Shown here in pieces: positions 46,301 to 59,177 of a DNA stretch of 64,000 nt. This stretch comes from Malacoraja senta (taxonomy: Eukaryota). A program made the position numbers and the translations under genes. The notes below the pieces were generated by a model, which did no database searches, was not told where the DNA came from, and saw only the letters and a list, made by a program, of their open reading frames with translations. The stretch covers positions 16,122,001 to 16,186,000 of the forward strand of contig CM075988.1 in the NCBI GenBank assembly GCA_038087875.1, given 5' to 3'. Each line of letters opens with the position of its first letter. The first letter of the stretch is position 1.

Positions 46301-49300
46301 TATATTTAAAAGAACAAATGGACGTCTTTTTTGAAATAAATGACACTCCAGATATATCGCCTACTTTACTATGGGAATCTTTTAAAGCGTTTATTAGAGG
46401 CGTTATAATCTCATACCAAGCTTTTCAAAATAAAAAGAATAAGAATGAACAAAGACAGTTAGAAGAACTTATTAGACAAATGGATATAGATAATGCTAAA
46501 GATCCATCAATAGATAAACATAATAAAATAATAATTTTGAAATTTAAATTAAATAAACTATTATCAGCCAAACTTATAAGACTTTTCCAAATTACAAAAC
46601 AGGAACACTTTGAATTTGGGGATAAACCGCATAAACTTTTGGCTCGTCAGCTAAAAAAACGAGAAAAAGAACATACGATCCAAAAGATTAAATCAGATAG
46701 AGGGGAATTACTAACCATACCGAAGGATATTAATAAAAGATTTGCGCAATTTTGTGAGAATTTGTACACATCTAAAACGACTACGGACTCCAATAAAATT
46801 ACAGAGTTCTTGGATAATTGTAATCTTCCAAAGTTAGAGTTGAAGGAACAAGAGGAATTGGGTGCACAAATTTCAATCAAGGAATTAGAAGACACAATAA
46901 ATTCATTAAAGAATGGAAAAACTCCAGGTCCTGATGGATTTACTAATGAATTTTATAAAAGCTTTTATGACAAAATTATACCACGATTACAAAAAGTGTA
47001 TCAATATGCTTTTAAAAAACAAATATTACCTGATACATTAGCTGAATCAACGATCACACTAATACTTAAAAAAGACAAAGATATAGAAGAACCGGGTTCA
47101 TATAGAGCTATAGCATTGTTAAATACAGATCAAAAAATATTAGTGAAAACATTAGCTAGAAGATTAAGTAAATATATTAGTAAATTAATAAACCCAGATC
47201 AGACGGGGTTTATCCCTAAGAGATATTCATCTAATAATATGAGACATCTACTCAATATAATGCACTCACACAAAATTGAAGAACCAGAATAATCAATTAT
47301 TTCGCTGGGCGCTGAAAAAGCATTTGACCAAGTAGAATGGAATTATATGGATAAAGTATTACAAAAATTCCAACTGGGAGAGAATATTATTTTATGTATT
47401 AAATTATTATATAATAAACCTACAGCTAGAATATTAACTAATAACATATTATCCTCGAAATTTCAACTATCAAGGGGAAACAGACAAGGATGCTCATTAT
47501 CACCACAGTTGTTTGCTCTCACAATTGAACCTTTAGCAGAAAAAATTAGAACACATCCAGATATCCATGGGTATAATACTAAATACTCAAATAACAAAAT
47601 ATCTTTATACGCGGATGAAATATTATTGTACATTACAAAACCTCAAATTACTATACCAAACATATTAAATCTAATTGAGGACTTTGGATCCTTTTCTGGA
47701 TACAGAATAAATTGGAATAAAAGTGAAATTATGTCAATAAAACCGAAAGACTCAACACATCTTTTAAAATTCCCTTTTAAAATAGCTACAAAAAAATTTA
47801 AATATTTGGGTATCGAAATCACTAGAACATATCAAGGCATATTCAAAGCAAATTATGATCCTCTACTTAATAAATTAAATACATTAATTAAATTTTGGAA
47901 AAGGCTTCCGATGTTTTTAATAGGCTGAATAAATGCAATAAAAATGATCTTCTTACCACAAATTTTATACCTATTTCAATCGATTCCTATATACCTACCA
48001 AAGAAGTTTTTTTTTTAATTGGACTCAGACATTACTAATTTCATATGGGATTATAAATCCCATAGAATACAAAGAACACACTTGAACAAAGCTAAAGTAT
48101 TAGGGGGCTTAGCACTCCCTAACTTCATGTATCATTATTGGTCAGTAAATATTAAAAATATGATCCAACTGATGGACAACTTTACCCAGCAAGTGGACTG
48201 GATTGTAGCGGAGAGAGGGGACCTCTCCTCTGGTAATATTGGAGGGATCCTCCTCTCACCAATGAAACTGAATAACATAAATTATAACAAAAACCCAATT
48301 ATACATAGTACAATCAGAACTTGGAAACAAATAAAACAAAATTTAAAATTAAGAAATCTATCGCTTTTATCTCCAGTAGTTAATAACCCTTCGTTTAAGC
48401 CCTCTATTACAGACAAATCTTTTATGCAATGGGATAGACTAGGAATTAAAACGTTCGGTGACTTGTATGAAACTGGAAAATTACTATCATTCCAACAATT
48501 ACAAATAAAATATAAACTGGGAAATAATCAATATTTTAAATATTTTCAAATATGTGACTATTTGAAAAAATATACAAAAGATCATTATAATATCCCAGCA
48601 GATGTATTGGATGAAGCAATGCAGATAAAAGCTGAATCAGCAAACTTAATATCATATTTGTATAATATGATATTATGAGTTTAATATGATAATATGAGTT
48701 TCGTTTGAGCCTCTTTGAGGTTCAAATGACAAGGAATAAAATCTAATCTAATCTAATTATCTTAAATGTAGAAATACCATCTACGGAAGGTATTAGAAGA
48801 GACTGGGAACAAGAATTAGCTATTAAAATCTCAAAGGAAAGGTGGAATGAACATTTATTAAACGTGCATAAATGTTCGATTAATGTGAGACACACTTTAA
48901 TACAATTTAAAATTTTACATAGATTATATTATTCAAAAACTAAAGTTAATAAAATTTTCCCTAATGTATCATCCATTTGTGATAAATGTCAATCTCAAGA
49001 AGCTACTATAGTGCACTCATTTGTTTTTTGTACAAAAATTCAAAAATCTTGGATTGAAATTTTTGAAATCTTTACAAAATTATTTAAAATAAAACTGATA
49101 CCCAAAGCAGAATGGATTAACTTCGGAACAACGGAAGATAGTCCTGAACTAAATGTGTTTCAAAAGAAATTAATAGATTACGGGTTAATAACATGAAAAA
49201 AGTGAATCCTAAAATTCTGGAAAAATGCTCCAATACCAACTATAAACATGTGGATTTCAAATATGTTTGAAACATTACACCTAGAAGAGATAAGACTCCT

Positions 49301-49768
49301 CCTGGCAGGTAAACCAGATCACTTCCACCTGACGTGGTCTGCATTTACAGAATTATTACAAGTATAGGGTGCAAAAGTACTTTAAAAAAAAAATGGGGTC
49401 GGGTAAAGGGGGATGAAAGCTGGAGAGTTGGTATATCCCATTTGCATGATGCTTATAACAAAGTATTTGTTTTTCTCTTTTTTCCTCTTTCTCTTTTTTT
49501 TTCTTCTTTAGGGTCTATCTCTTAATCCTTTCTTTTTAATTTCTTTTCTACAGGGTCTCTGTTCTTTCTTGTTGTCACGTTTTTACACCTTCACTATTTT
49601 CCTTCACTTTCTCTTTTTTCTTAATCTCAACCTTTCCTTTATATCAGTGTAAAAAATGACGGAGTACATTAATTGTAATAAGATATACTTGATGAGTACT
49701 AATGTAATTGGTTGTAATGTAATGTACTTCTAATAAATAAAAATAAAAAATAAAAATTAAAAAAAAGA
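43305..49768 (+). mobile_element. Full-length dead L1-clade LINE (element B)
   Basis: ORF1 43498-44592 (one internal stop), ~0.9-kb spacer, ORF2 from ATG 45484 to ~49367 (APE, RT with YADE, zinc finger; several stops), AATAAA/polyA. 14-bp TSD AACTCAATAAAACC at 43291-43304 and 49769-49782. Confidence 0.97.
48667..48755 (+). mobile_element. Tiny retroposon 3'-end insertion within L1 element B ORF2
   Basis: Interrupts the YLYN-IILN coding sequence seen in sister L1s; hairpin 48704-48726, AATAAA and (ATCTA)3 tail. Confidence 0.65.
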
Positions 49769-50029
49769 AACTCAATAAAACCAAAGCAAGTTATCTTAAA
49801 TATTTAGAATGTTTGCTTTTATTCCTTAGGTTTAAGATTGTATCTGCAATTTTCCTTCCTTGTTTACTTTCCTAACACTTTTCATGACATGGGGTGACAG
49901 CTATTCTGACAGGTAATTGCTTTGCCAGAACACTCCCTGTACTTGCAGGATGACTTTGGTTCATTTGGCAATGATTTCAGTGTAAATCAGCTTCTCATCT
50001 CCAGATATCCTCGCCTCCATATCTTTTTT

Positions 50030-50345
50030 TAGTTTAGTTTAGAGAAACAGCACGGAAAAGGGCCCATCGGCCCACCAAGTCCGCGCCGACCAGCGATCCC
50101 CACACATTAACACTATCCTACACCCACTAGGGACAATTTTTACATTTACCAAGCCAATTAACCTACAAAGCTGTACGTCTTTGGAGTGTGGGTGGAAACT
50201 GAAGATCTCGGAGAAAACCCACGCAGAGCACGGGGAAAATGTGGAAACTCCGTACAGACCACACCCATAATCAGGATCAAACCCGGGTCTCCGGCGCTGC
50301 ATTTGTTGTAAGGCAGCAACTCTACCGCTGCGCCACCGTGACCAC
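50030..50345 (-). mobile_element. V-SINE
   Basis: Full head, V-domain and (AAACT)n tail; another copy at ~50709-51010. Confidence 0.85.
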
Positions 50346-50415
50346 CCTAATCTCTGTAATCTCATCTAGCCCCGTCCCATCCTGGCATTTCTGTGCATTT
50401 CCCATTCAAACATCC

Positions 50416-50449
50416 GGTCTGAAGAAAGGTCCCAACCTGAAATGTCACC
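50416..50449 (+). ncRNA. Minimal hammerhead ribozyme motif
   Basis: GGT-CTGAAGA-A-AGGT(CCCA)ACCT-GAAAT-GTC-ACC: stem I GGU/ACC, GUC cleavage triplet. Confidence 0.6.
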
Positions 50450-52329
50450 TATCCATGTCCTCCAAAGATGTTGCCTGACCCACTGAGTTACTCCAGCACT
50501 GTCTCTTTTTCATGGGTCAGCATCTGCAGTTCCTTGTGTCTCCTGAGCTGCTTGCGGCCTTGATGTGTAGTCTCTTTCATCTTGGGTGGTCCCTATCTGT
50601 GTTGTGGACAACTTGTTAAACTGCCATTCTATGGGCTTTGCGAAGGCCAGCATTGGATATAAGGACTTTGCCTTGGATGCAGCAGAGGTGCATGTTGCAG
50701 TGGGTGGGTTTAGTTTAGTTCAGAGATACAGCGTGGATACAGGCCCTTCGGTCCACCGAGTGTGGGCCAACCTGCGATCCCTGCACACGTGCACCATCCT
50801 ACACCCACTAGAGATGATTTACAATTATACCAGGCCAATTAGCCTAAAAACTTGTACGTCTTTGAAGGAAACCGGAGATCCTGGAGAAAACCCACACAGG
50901 TCACAGGGAGAACATACACACGCCATACAGACAAGCACCCATAGTCGGGATCAAACCCAGGTCTCTGGTGCTGTAGGGCAGCAACTCTACCGCTGCGCCA
51001 CCGTGCCGCCATTGTTGGAGATACCTGGCTTGTTTTCTTTCTTTTTTTTCTTCTCTGGAAGTAGAAAGCACCCTGTCGGGATGCAATTTTCCTTCCTTGT
51101 TTACTTTCCTAACACTTTACGTGGCATGGGGTGTCAGCTATTCTGACAGGTAATTGCTCAGCAGATGATTTGCCAGAACACTCCCTGTACTTGCAGGATG
51201 ACTTTGGCTCATTTGGCAATGATTCCAGTGTAAATCAGCTTCTCATCTCCAGATATCCTCGCCTCCATATCTTTTTTTTTTAAATTTAGCTTGGTTTGGC
51301 AAAGAGCTTTGCCCAAGTGCAAGAAATTGCAGAGTTGTGGCTTTTGCCCAATCCATCACACAGACTAACCCTTCCCATTGACTCCGTCCACACTCCACGC
51401 TGCCTCGGGAGAGCTAGCCAAGCACCATTTTACACTACAATCATTATCTCTGCCGCCTCTCCTGTCAAGCAGAAGATAAAAAGCCTGAACCAGATTCAGG
51501 AATAGCTTCTTGCTCACTGGCAAACAACAGAATTGACTTCTCGGAAGCTATGGGTGTAGTCCCAATCTCTCATTGCAGCTATTGTATTTTTTTAAATCTT
51601 TTTTTGTAAAGGCCCAGCTGTAACAATACATTCCACATTATAGTTTTTTTTCCATTGCACTACCTGTTGCATCGATCGTCCTCATGCATGATATGTTTTG
51701 ACTAGATACTGCATGCAAAGATATTTTGGCACACATGAGAAGAATATGCCAACACCATGTGGAGTACGTGGCCAGTCAACCATGAGGCATGTCTTTCAGC
51801 TGTGCATTTTGCAACTCTGGCATTTTTTGTCGATGTTCTCATTCTTCGTTCAACTCATTCTCATTCTCTGACTGCTCCCATTCACTCATGGACCAGGTAA
51901 CCTTGTTCATCCTCAAGATCTCCCATCCCCCAACCCTCTATACAGCTTATCAACATCAATGGGCACGGTGCCTTACAATGCTGTGTACGACAGTGATCGC
52001 AACTTCTACTGAAGTGTGGATGGCTGTTGGCTCGCTAGAAGCTCTTGTTTTTGGTCCTGCTGGGGGTCCACAGCCCCCTCCTCACCTGGCAAACCAGGTG
52101 GGGGACGGTTTAGTTGCCGACTAAATGGAGCAGACAGCATGGGATTACATGGTACCCATGGCAGGGGGTGGGGGGGGAACTCCCCCCGACCTGGCCCCGA
52201 AGCTTAACACACTTTTTTTCCTCCCAATGTCTGACGATAGATCTTTGATCTGAAACATTAACATTATTCTTTACCGGATACATTTGGCCAAGCCTGTTGA
52301 GTATTTCCAGCATATTCTACTGATTCCCA

Positions 52330-53495
52330 CAGTTATCTAAACTACACTTCCTCCCACCCTGCTTTTTGCAGATGCCATTCCCTACTCTCAATCTCTGTCA
52401 CATCTGCTCCTAGGGTAAGACTTTCCATTCTAGGAAATCCAAGATGTCCTCTTTCTCTCCTAAATGGGGTTCCCCCCCCCCCCCCGTCATAGATGGATCC
52501 CTCACCTGCATCTCCTCTGTCTCGTAGTTCTGCTCTTGCTCCCCCTCCCTGCAGAAGGAAGAAGTCCTGGTTCCCCACCAGCCTCCACATCCAATACATC
52601 ATATTGTGACATTTCTGCCACCTCCATCGTGATCCCTCCACCAGTCACAGGTTCCCGGCTCCACCCCTTTCCCCCTTCTACAGAGACCGCTCTGTCTGTA
52701 ACTCTTTGGTTCACTCATACCTTCTCCCCCAAACCACCCCTTCACCAGGTAGTTTCCCTTACAACCACAAGCGATGTAACACCTTCTAACTCCTCCTTCG
52801 ACTCCATCCAGGGATCCTGGCGATCTTTCCAGGCTAGGCGGAGGTTCACATGCATCTCCTCTCATCTACTACATCTGGTTTTCCTGATGTGGCATCCTGT
52901 ACATCAGCAAGACTAAGTGTAGACTGATCAACCATTTCGCTGAACATTTGCACTTAGTCCGCCAAGGCCCACTAGATCTCCTGGTTGCCACCATTTTAGC
53001 TCCCCTTCCTATTTCCATGCCGACCTTTCTGTCCTAGGTCCCGCCATTGCCAGAGTGAGGCCACATGCAAACTGGAACAACTGCACCTTGTATTCCCTTC
53101 GGCATCTTGAAACCCAACAGTATGGACATTGACATTTCCAATTTTGTGTAACCTCTATCTAAATCCACCTTCCCTCCCCTACTCCCCACCTGGCTTCACA
53201 ATCTGCAACTCTTAACCTGTCTCTCTCCTTCTGTTCTCATCTCTTGTCTTTGTTCCAACCACCTGCCTGTTGAAAACCTCCTTCGCTTGTGTCGACTCTT
53301 TACCTGCCTCGCTTTGTCCGGCCTCTCCCCTTCTCCACCTTTCTTTTCCACCCCCAACCCAAATAATCAGTCTGAAGAAGGGTCTCGACCAGAAACATCA
53401 CCTAACCATGTTCTCCAGTGATGCTGCATGACCCGCTGAGTTAGTCCAGCGTTTTGTATTTTTTTGTGCATTAAATGATATCTGCAGTTCTTTGT
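52330..53495 (+). mobile_element. Penelope-like element 3' part (thumb, GIY-YIG endonuclease remnant, terminal repeat with degenerate hammerhead at ~53369-53402)
   Basis: FQARRRFTCISS...CGILYISKTKCRLINHFAEHL matches the PLE GIY-YIG pattern; CTGAAGAAGGGTCTCGACCAGAAAC follows. Confidence 0.82.
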
Positions 53496-54849
53496 CACTA
53501 TATTCAGTTTCAATTTTTAGATTAACAGCAACAATGGGTTTGTAGTTTGATTTTTAACTTGCTTAAAGTGCCCTGGATTAATTTACAGTGTTAATGATCC
53601 CATATGAATATAAGATGGTATAGCTGGGTTTGCTTCCTATTAGTTTCATGGCATTACCTATGTCAATGGTGTAACAAGACTCTAATCCATGCATAAATTA
53701 TGGTTTTGTGTCTCATGACTTTTGATTTCTTTCAAGCGCTTCCAGGTTTTTAATGTGTGCAGTTCAAATTGCTCTTGTGACGTTGGTATCAAGTTCTTTG
53801 CAACTGTTGAGGGAATTCTGGTAACTTCACCTTATTTTCTAAATGACGTGGTTCATTGTTGGTGTTAACATTGCTGTTTGTGGAAACGTTAGTTTAGAGA
53901 TGGAGATACAGCATAGAAAGAGGCCCTTTAGCCCATGGAATCTGTGCAGCTATTGATCACTGTTCACACTAGTTCTGTTATCCCACTTTCTCGTCCATTC
54001 CCAACACACTAGGGGCAATTTTAGAGGCCAATTCACCTACAAATCCGTATGTCTTGGGGATGTGGGAGGAAACCCATGTGGTCACAGGGAGAACATGTAA
54101 ACTCCATACAACCAGCATCCGAGGTCAGGATTGAACCTGGGTCTCTGGTGCTGTGAGGCAGCAGCTTTACCAACTGTGCCACTGTGTCGACCTTGCCGTG
54201 TTTAACCGGCTGCTGGTTTTCATTTGTTAAACCAGTGACCGCATTTTGAACTTGACGTTATTTGCTCTCCCATGCTTTGGGCCATTTTGAAACGGATGTT
54301 CAATGCGCTGTAGAAAATACATGTTTTTCTTTACAAAATAAAGCCTGGAATGTTTTGGCAGTTCTGAAACCTCTTCATTTTGATGGTTTAAAAATGTTGC
54401 AGAAACTGATATGTTCAGTGAGCTTACATGCTGCTTGCTTTGAATGGGGTTATTTTTTGTTCTGTTGCCCAGTTCTTCACTGAGGCTTACTTAAGTGAGG
54501 CTTAAGACTTGTTGTTCAAGTTGCCATGGTTTTATGCATTTTTATTTTCTGGAACAATAATCTTTTGCTTATTTGACCCAAATGTTAAAAGACGAAATTA
54601 ATTCCGTAACTGGCGGAACCATCTGTTTGAGTAATCCTCTACTGAGGATAATGCCCGAGTCTTGTGAGATGCCAATTGTTCAAGAAACATCCTATGTTGA
54701 ACCAACAAAGAATAAATATTCCTTTACGCCTGCTTATGAATCCCAGGCCTATTCCACAAAGGGTCTCGACCCGAAACGTCACCCATTCCTTCGCTCCATA
54801 AATGCGGCCTCAACCGCTGAGTGTCTCTAGATTTTTGTCTGCCACTAAT

Positions 54850-55545
54850 ACCACTTTGCCATAACTGGCCAAGACCTTGCCTGACGGTGAGAGGGGCTTT
54901 CCCAGTCGGATCCTTCCTATATCTTTGGAATCTTACTAACGATAAGAAGGGCTGCAATGGAGAGGAGACGTTTTCCCACCTCTTCACAGAGTGTGGATTT
55001 GCAAAGAAGATCTGGAGAATGATGCAAGGGTACCTGCCATGGTTTAGCCCAACCAAACTCTGATTTACAGGCTCTTCCCAGGGATGTATTCGGAGATGGC
55101 CATCCAACGCTGCTGGAAGACCATCAACTCCATGAAAGACCCTCTTTGGTGTCTTTCTGCCCCGAAACCTGTTGGTCTTCCAACACAGGCCATTGTCTAT
55201 CAAGGAATGTTGCCGACTGGCACATTCCAGACTGCTGGAGTACCTGCTGAAGGATGCACTGAAGCCTGGTGCAGCCAACGCCAAGGTTCTGTGAGGGAGG
55301 ACCACAGTCTAGGTTGCTGCTGGACATTGAGGGGCAGTCCAGTGGGATACCCCACAAACAAGGGGAGGGATTATCACCCTAGGGAGTAACTCGAGTGGCA
55401 AGAGAGATTTGTTTTGTTTCAAGATATGTGCAAACACCACTCAGTATGACACAAACGTTTGTATGAGATGCTGAGAGTATCTGAAGACCTTTTGCACAGT
55501 TTTTGTGTTGTATACATTTTTTATTTTGGATAAAGTTGATTTTTG
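54850..55545 (+). mobile_element. Tx1-like LINE 3' fragment
   Basis: VRGAFPVGSFL...GCNGEETFSHLFTECGFAKKIW is a zf-RVT-type C-terminus, distinct from the AT-rich L1 family. Confidence 0.7.
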
Positions 55546-57544
55546 GAAATTTTAAAAATCCATATTACCAACGAACTTCCTTTTTTTCCAGCAGGTACAT
55601 CTTTCCATGAGGATTGTTCGATAATTTGCCCGCTTGCGATGTGTTGGGATCACAAAGGGTGCATGGACTACAGGTACTTGCTGGTGCTTGCTTTATTGAA
55701 TGTACACACCAGGTTAACAAACAACTGACTTGGGGAAGTAAATTGAGTGTTCATAACTTGGGCAAAACAGGTTGCATAAGAGTGGGCTCCCATAAATTCA
55801 AAAGTCCAAGCTACGTTCTGATGTTTGTTCCTACGAATGGCAGAGCAAGTTTCCCCTCTCTCACTTCTAATAACTGTTCTCTTGTATTAATCTTGCGCAA
55901 GTGCACTTGTAACCTGATTGTTGAGGTCCCTTGACAGATTTGGGTACAGTCTCGGCCACCAATAGTTAACTGTTGGTACACAAAAATGCTGGAGAAACTC
56001 AGCGGGTGCAGCAGCATCTATGGAGCGAAGGAAATAGGTAACGTTTCGGGCCGACTGTTGTTGACACTAATGGATAAACCTTTTCTAATGATATCTGTCA
56101 TGAAACAAATTGTTTTGAAATATGCTGATAGTTTTTTTTTAAGGATTTAGAAGGAATTCACAAATTTGATTAGTGTGAGCAATTTTCCTCTTTTCCCAAG
56201 GATTTGTGCTTTTTCAATTAATTCAATGCTTGACAGATAAATTGTGAGGTGTCAATTTTCTATCTGAACCCTTCACTGAAGCACGCAGGTCTGAACAAAC
56301 ATTTGTACTGTTTATCTAAGGACATGATGAAACAACATAGTCAAGCATCAATGCTGAATATTTTTCTTGGATTCAAAACCATCAGTTGCTGAATTCTTCC
56401 TTTTATAATGATCGTCATGCTGCACAGCAGAAAAACAGGCACGCTGTCCACGCCATATTGGGAACCAACCAACCAAATCCGCACACTGGGCTAATCTCAT
56501 TTTCTTGCATTTCATCAATATTGCTCTCAACCCTTCCTATCCATATCTGTCCAAATGCCTTTTAAAAGTCATAATTGTTCCCGCTTCTATAGCTTCCTCT
56601 GGCAGCTCATTCCAAATTTAGGCTACCTTCTGAGTGGAAAAAGTTGGCCCTCCAGTCCAACTTAAATTTCTTCCCTCTCTTCTTGAACTGCCCCCTCTAG
56701 TTTTATAATCCTCTACTCTGGTAATAAGACTGAGCATTCACCTTATCTGCACTCCCCATGATTGGGCACTTCCCAATATGGTCACCCCTTGGCCTCCTAC
56801 ACGCTAAAGAAAAATGGAGCCAATTATCAATAAACAGACTGCTGGCAGAACTCAGCCAGTCGAGCAGCATTTGTGGGAGAAAAGGAACTGTTGACATTTC
56901 GGATTAAGATCCTGAATCGGAACTAAGTGAAGCAGGAAAATAGTCGGTGTAAAGAGGGGCAGGGGGGCAGGGTGAAGGATGAGATGGGGTCAATGGGTGA
57001 CTAGTGGACTGAGGAAGGGTGAAGGTGATGAGTAGGAGGAGTGAGATGGGGAGGAATGGAGATGGAAGTAGATGGGTAAGCTGGCTCCATTTTTTTTTCT
57101 CTTGTCTGCTTCCACCTATCGCCCAGCTGCCTCTGCACCTCAACACCACCCCTTCCCCTACACTCTGCCTGGCTTCATCTACACATCACTCCTCAGTCAA
57201 CCTGTCATCACTGACTCCTCCCCCTCTCCCTCCCATATCTCCCCTCACCACTCTGTCCTGATGCACGATCTTGACCTGAAACATCCACCCCTTTTCCCCC
57301 TCCAGATGCTGCTTGACCTGTTGAGTTCCTCCTGTTTTGGTTTTTTTGCTCCAGATTCCAGCATCTGCAGTCTCTTGCATCTCGAGCCAACAGTCAAGTC
57401 AGAACAGATCTGCAATGATTTCAAGCCAAGGCAAAGAACATGAACAAGTTGATACCAGTCTTTAGGAATAGTTTAGTTTATTCAGTTTCGTTTATTATCA
57501 CGTGTACTGAGGTACAGTGAAAAGTTTGTATTGCATGCTAATCT

Positions 57545-57545
57545 C

Positions 57546-57622
<77 letters not shown>
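57545..57622. repeat. (CA)n microsatellite at the truncated end of MITE copy 3
   Basis: ~38 CA units. Confidence 0.95.
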
Positions 57623-57624
<2 letters not shown>

Positions 57625-59177
57625 GAAAGCGGGGGAGCGCTGTCTGCACGATGAAGAGGAAGGTAAACGGCTGCCACAGTGTACGGTAACTCCTTTAGAG
57701 AGCGCGGAGGGGGAAAGAAGGAGTGGAGACACATTTAAGAAGTATAATTAGCGGGCATTTAACCTACTGGTAGGTTTTCCTTGGTCCTGAAAACTCCAAT
57801 GAGCCAATCAAAATGCCCAGTCAGCAAAAGAGATTGCCCACGGCTGCCCTTGACTGCCTGTAACTAAATAGCGACCCCACTCCACTGCACTACGAGTCAA
57901 AAAGAACCATGCCGACCAAATTTTACTCGCGGAAAATTTTTCAACATGCTGAAAAGTTTTCCGCGACCTAGCTGAGGCCATGAGTATTCGGGAATTTCCC
58001 TCGAGCATGAGGGAGAGTTCCAGCGACCTCATAGGACCTCCTAGGACCTTGTGTCGACCATGCTGTAGCAATGTTACAAAATTTTGAGATTTTAAAAATC
58101 AAGTCTGTAATTTATCCCATCAGATAAAGCATAAAAATACGTTTAATTTGACACCTAATTCACTTTCATATCTTCAGTATTAAAAAGGTTATGGCCATTT
58201 TCATACTCGGAAATTAGCATCTTGTTCCCTATTGCTTTTCCATTGACTTAACACAAAAGCTGTGATCGAGGACAGTCAAAAGCCCATAACTTTCTTAAAA
58301 ATTAAGACAACTGAAAGAAATGTTCAGTTATTATAGATTGAAGCATTCTGAAACAAATATGAAACAATCTTACTTAGATGACATGAAATTAAAGCATATA
58401 ATTAGTTAGTTACCTAATTGTAGCTAATTACAAAATTCAATTACTAGATCTAAACATCTATCAATTTCTTAAGAATAGATTAACATTTTTAAATAGCCTA
58501 AGTGTCCAAATAACATTCAGAAAAGAATTCACAATATAACATAATTTTTAAATCTCATTGTCATGGACTTATAGGCCAAATGGAAGGAATTTAATGTTTA
58601 ATACCTGTAAATTAATGGGCATTTAAATCATCTTGCGAGTGGGTTTTTCTGGAACGTGATCATTTGGAACGTTGATTTACGGTGAATTTAACCGCGTATC
58701 GGCATGAAAAATATTGCCGTTAGTTCGGGGAAAAGAATCACCGTTTCGCAAATTAAAATGTGAATTGAAGGCCTCTAATTTATTTTATTTACATAAAATA
58801 AATTGCTTTCGTTTACCTGTCCCGTGCGTGAAATCCGTCCCCGTTGTCGGCGTTGACGGCTTCAGAAGCTGATTTTAAAATGACTCCAGCGCTGAACTTG
58901 TCGGGAGATTTTTAAAACAAAATACACAAAACGCCCGTCGGAACGATTCTTCAGCAAAAGCTTGTACTCCAACGAAATACAATTCAGGACAAGGTAGGAG
59001 AAACCCGTGTTTTAACCCCGCCCCCCCTCAAAGGCGCCAAAATCGCGCACACGGCCAGTGGCAGAATTGCAGCGCCGCTGAAGGTAAGTATTGTAACATA
59101 CCTACATGCTGCGAGTTTGAAGGTCGAAGATACTCTTCTAAATTCGCAGATTAAGTCGCCCAAGTGGGACAGCCCCT
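57623..59177 (-). mobile_element. PIF/Harbinger-type MITE, copy 3 (one end lost, interrupted by a nested transposon)
   Basis: Reverse-complement homology to copies 1 and 2; TIR AGTGGGACAGCCCCT then TTA at 59178-59180. Confidence 0.88.
58066..59104. mobile_element. Non-autonomous DNA transposon with 19-bp imperfect TIRs and a 7-bp TSD (hAT-like, possibly hATw)
   Basis: Left end TAGCAATGTTACAAAATTT; reverse complement of right end TAGGTATGTTACAATACTT; CATGCTG duplicated at 58059-58065 and 59105-59111; the empty site is present in MITE copies 1 and 2. Confidence 0.88.

Larger units (their letters stand above)
49845..51278 (+). repeat. Local direct duplication of ~190 bp (49845-50030 and 51082-51278)
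   Basis: Near-identical TGCAATTTTCCTTCCTTG...CGCCTCCATATCTTTTTTT blocks. Confidence 0.9.

Noticed and set aside
43305..49768. Active autonomous L1
   Set aside because: ORF1 has an internal stop; ORF2 has stops, frameshifts, an insertion and YADE in place of YADD.
57498..57734. Cys/Val-repeat ORFs
   Set aside because: Translation of a (CA)n microsatellite.
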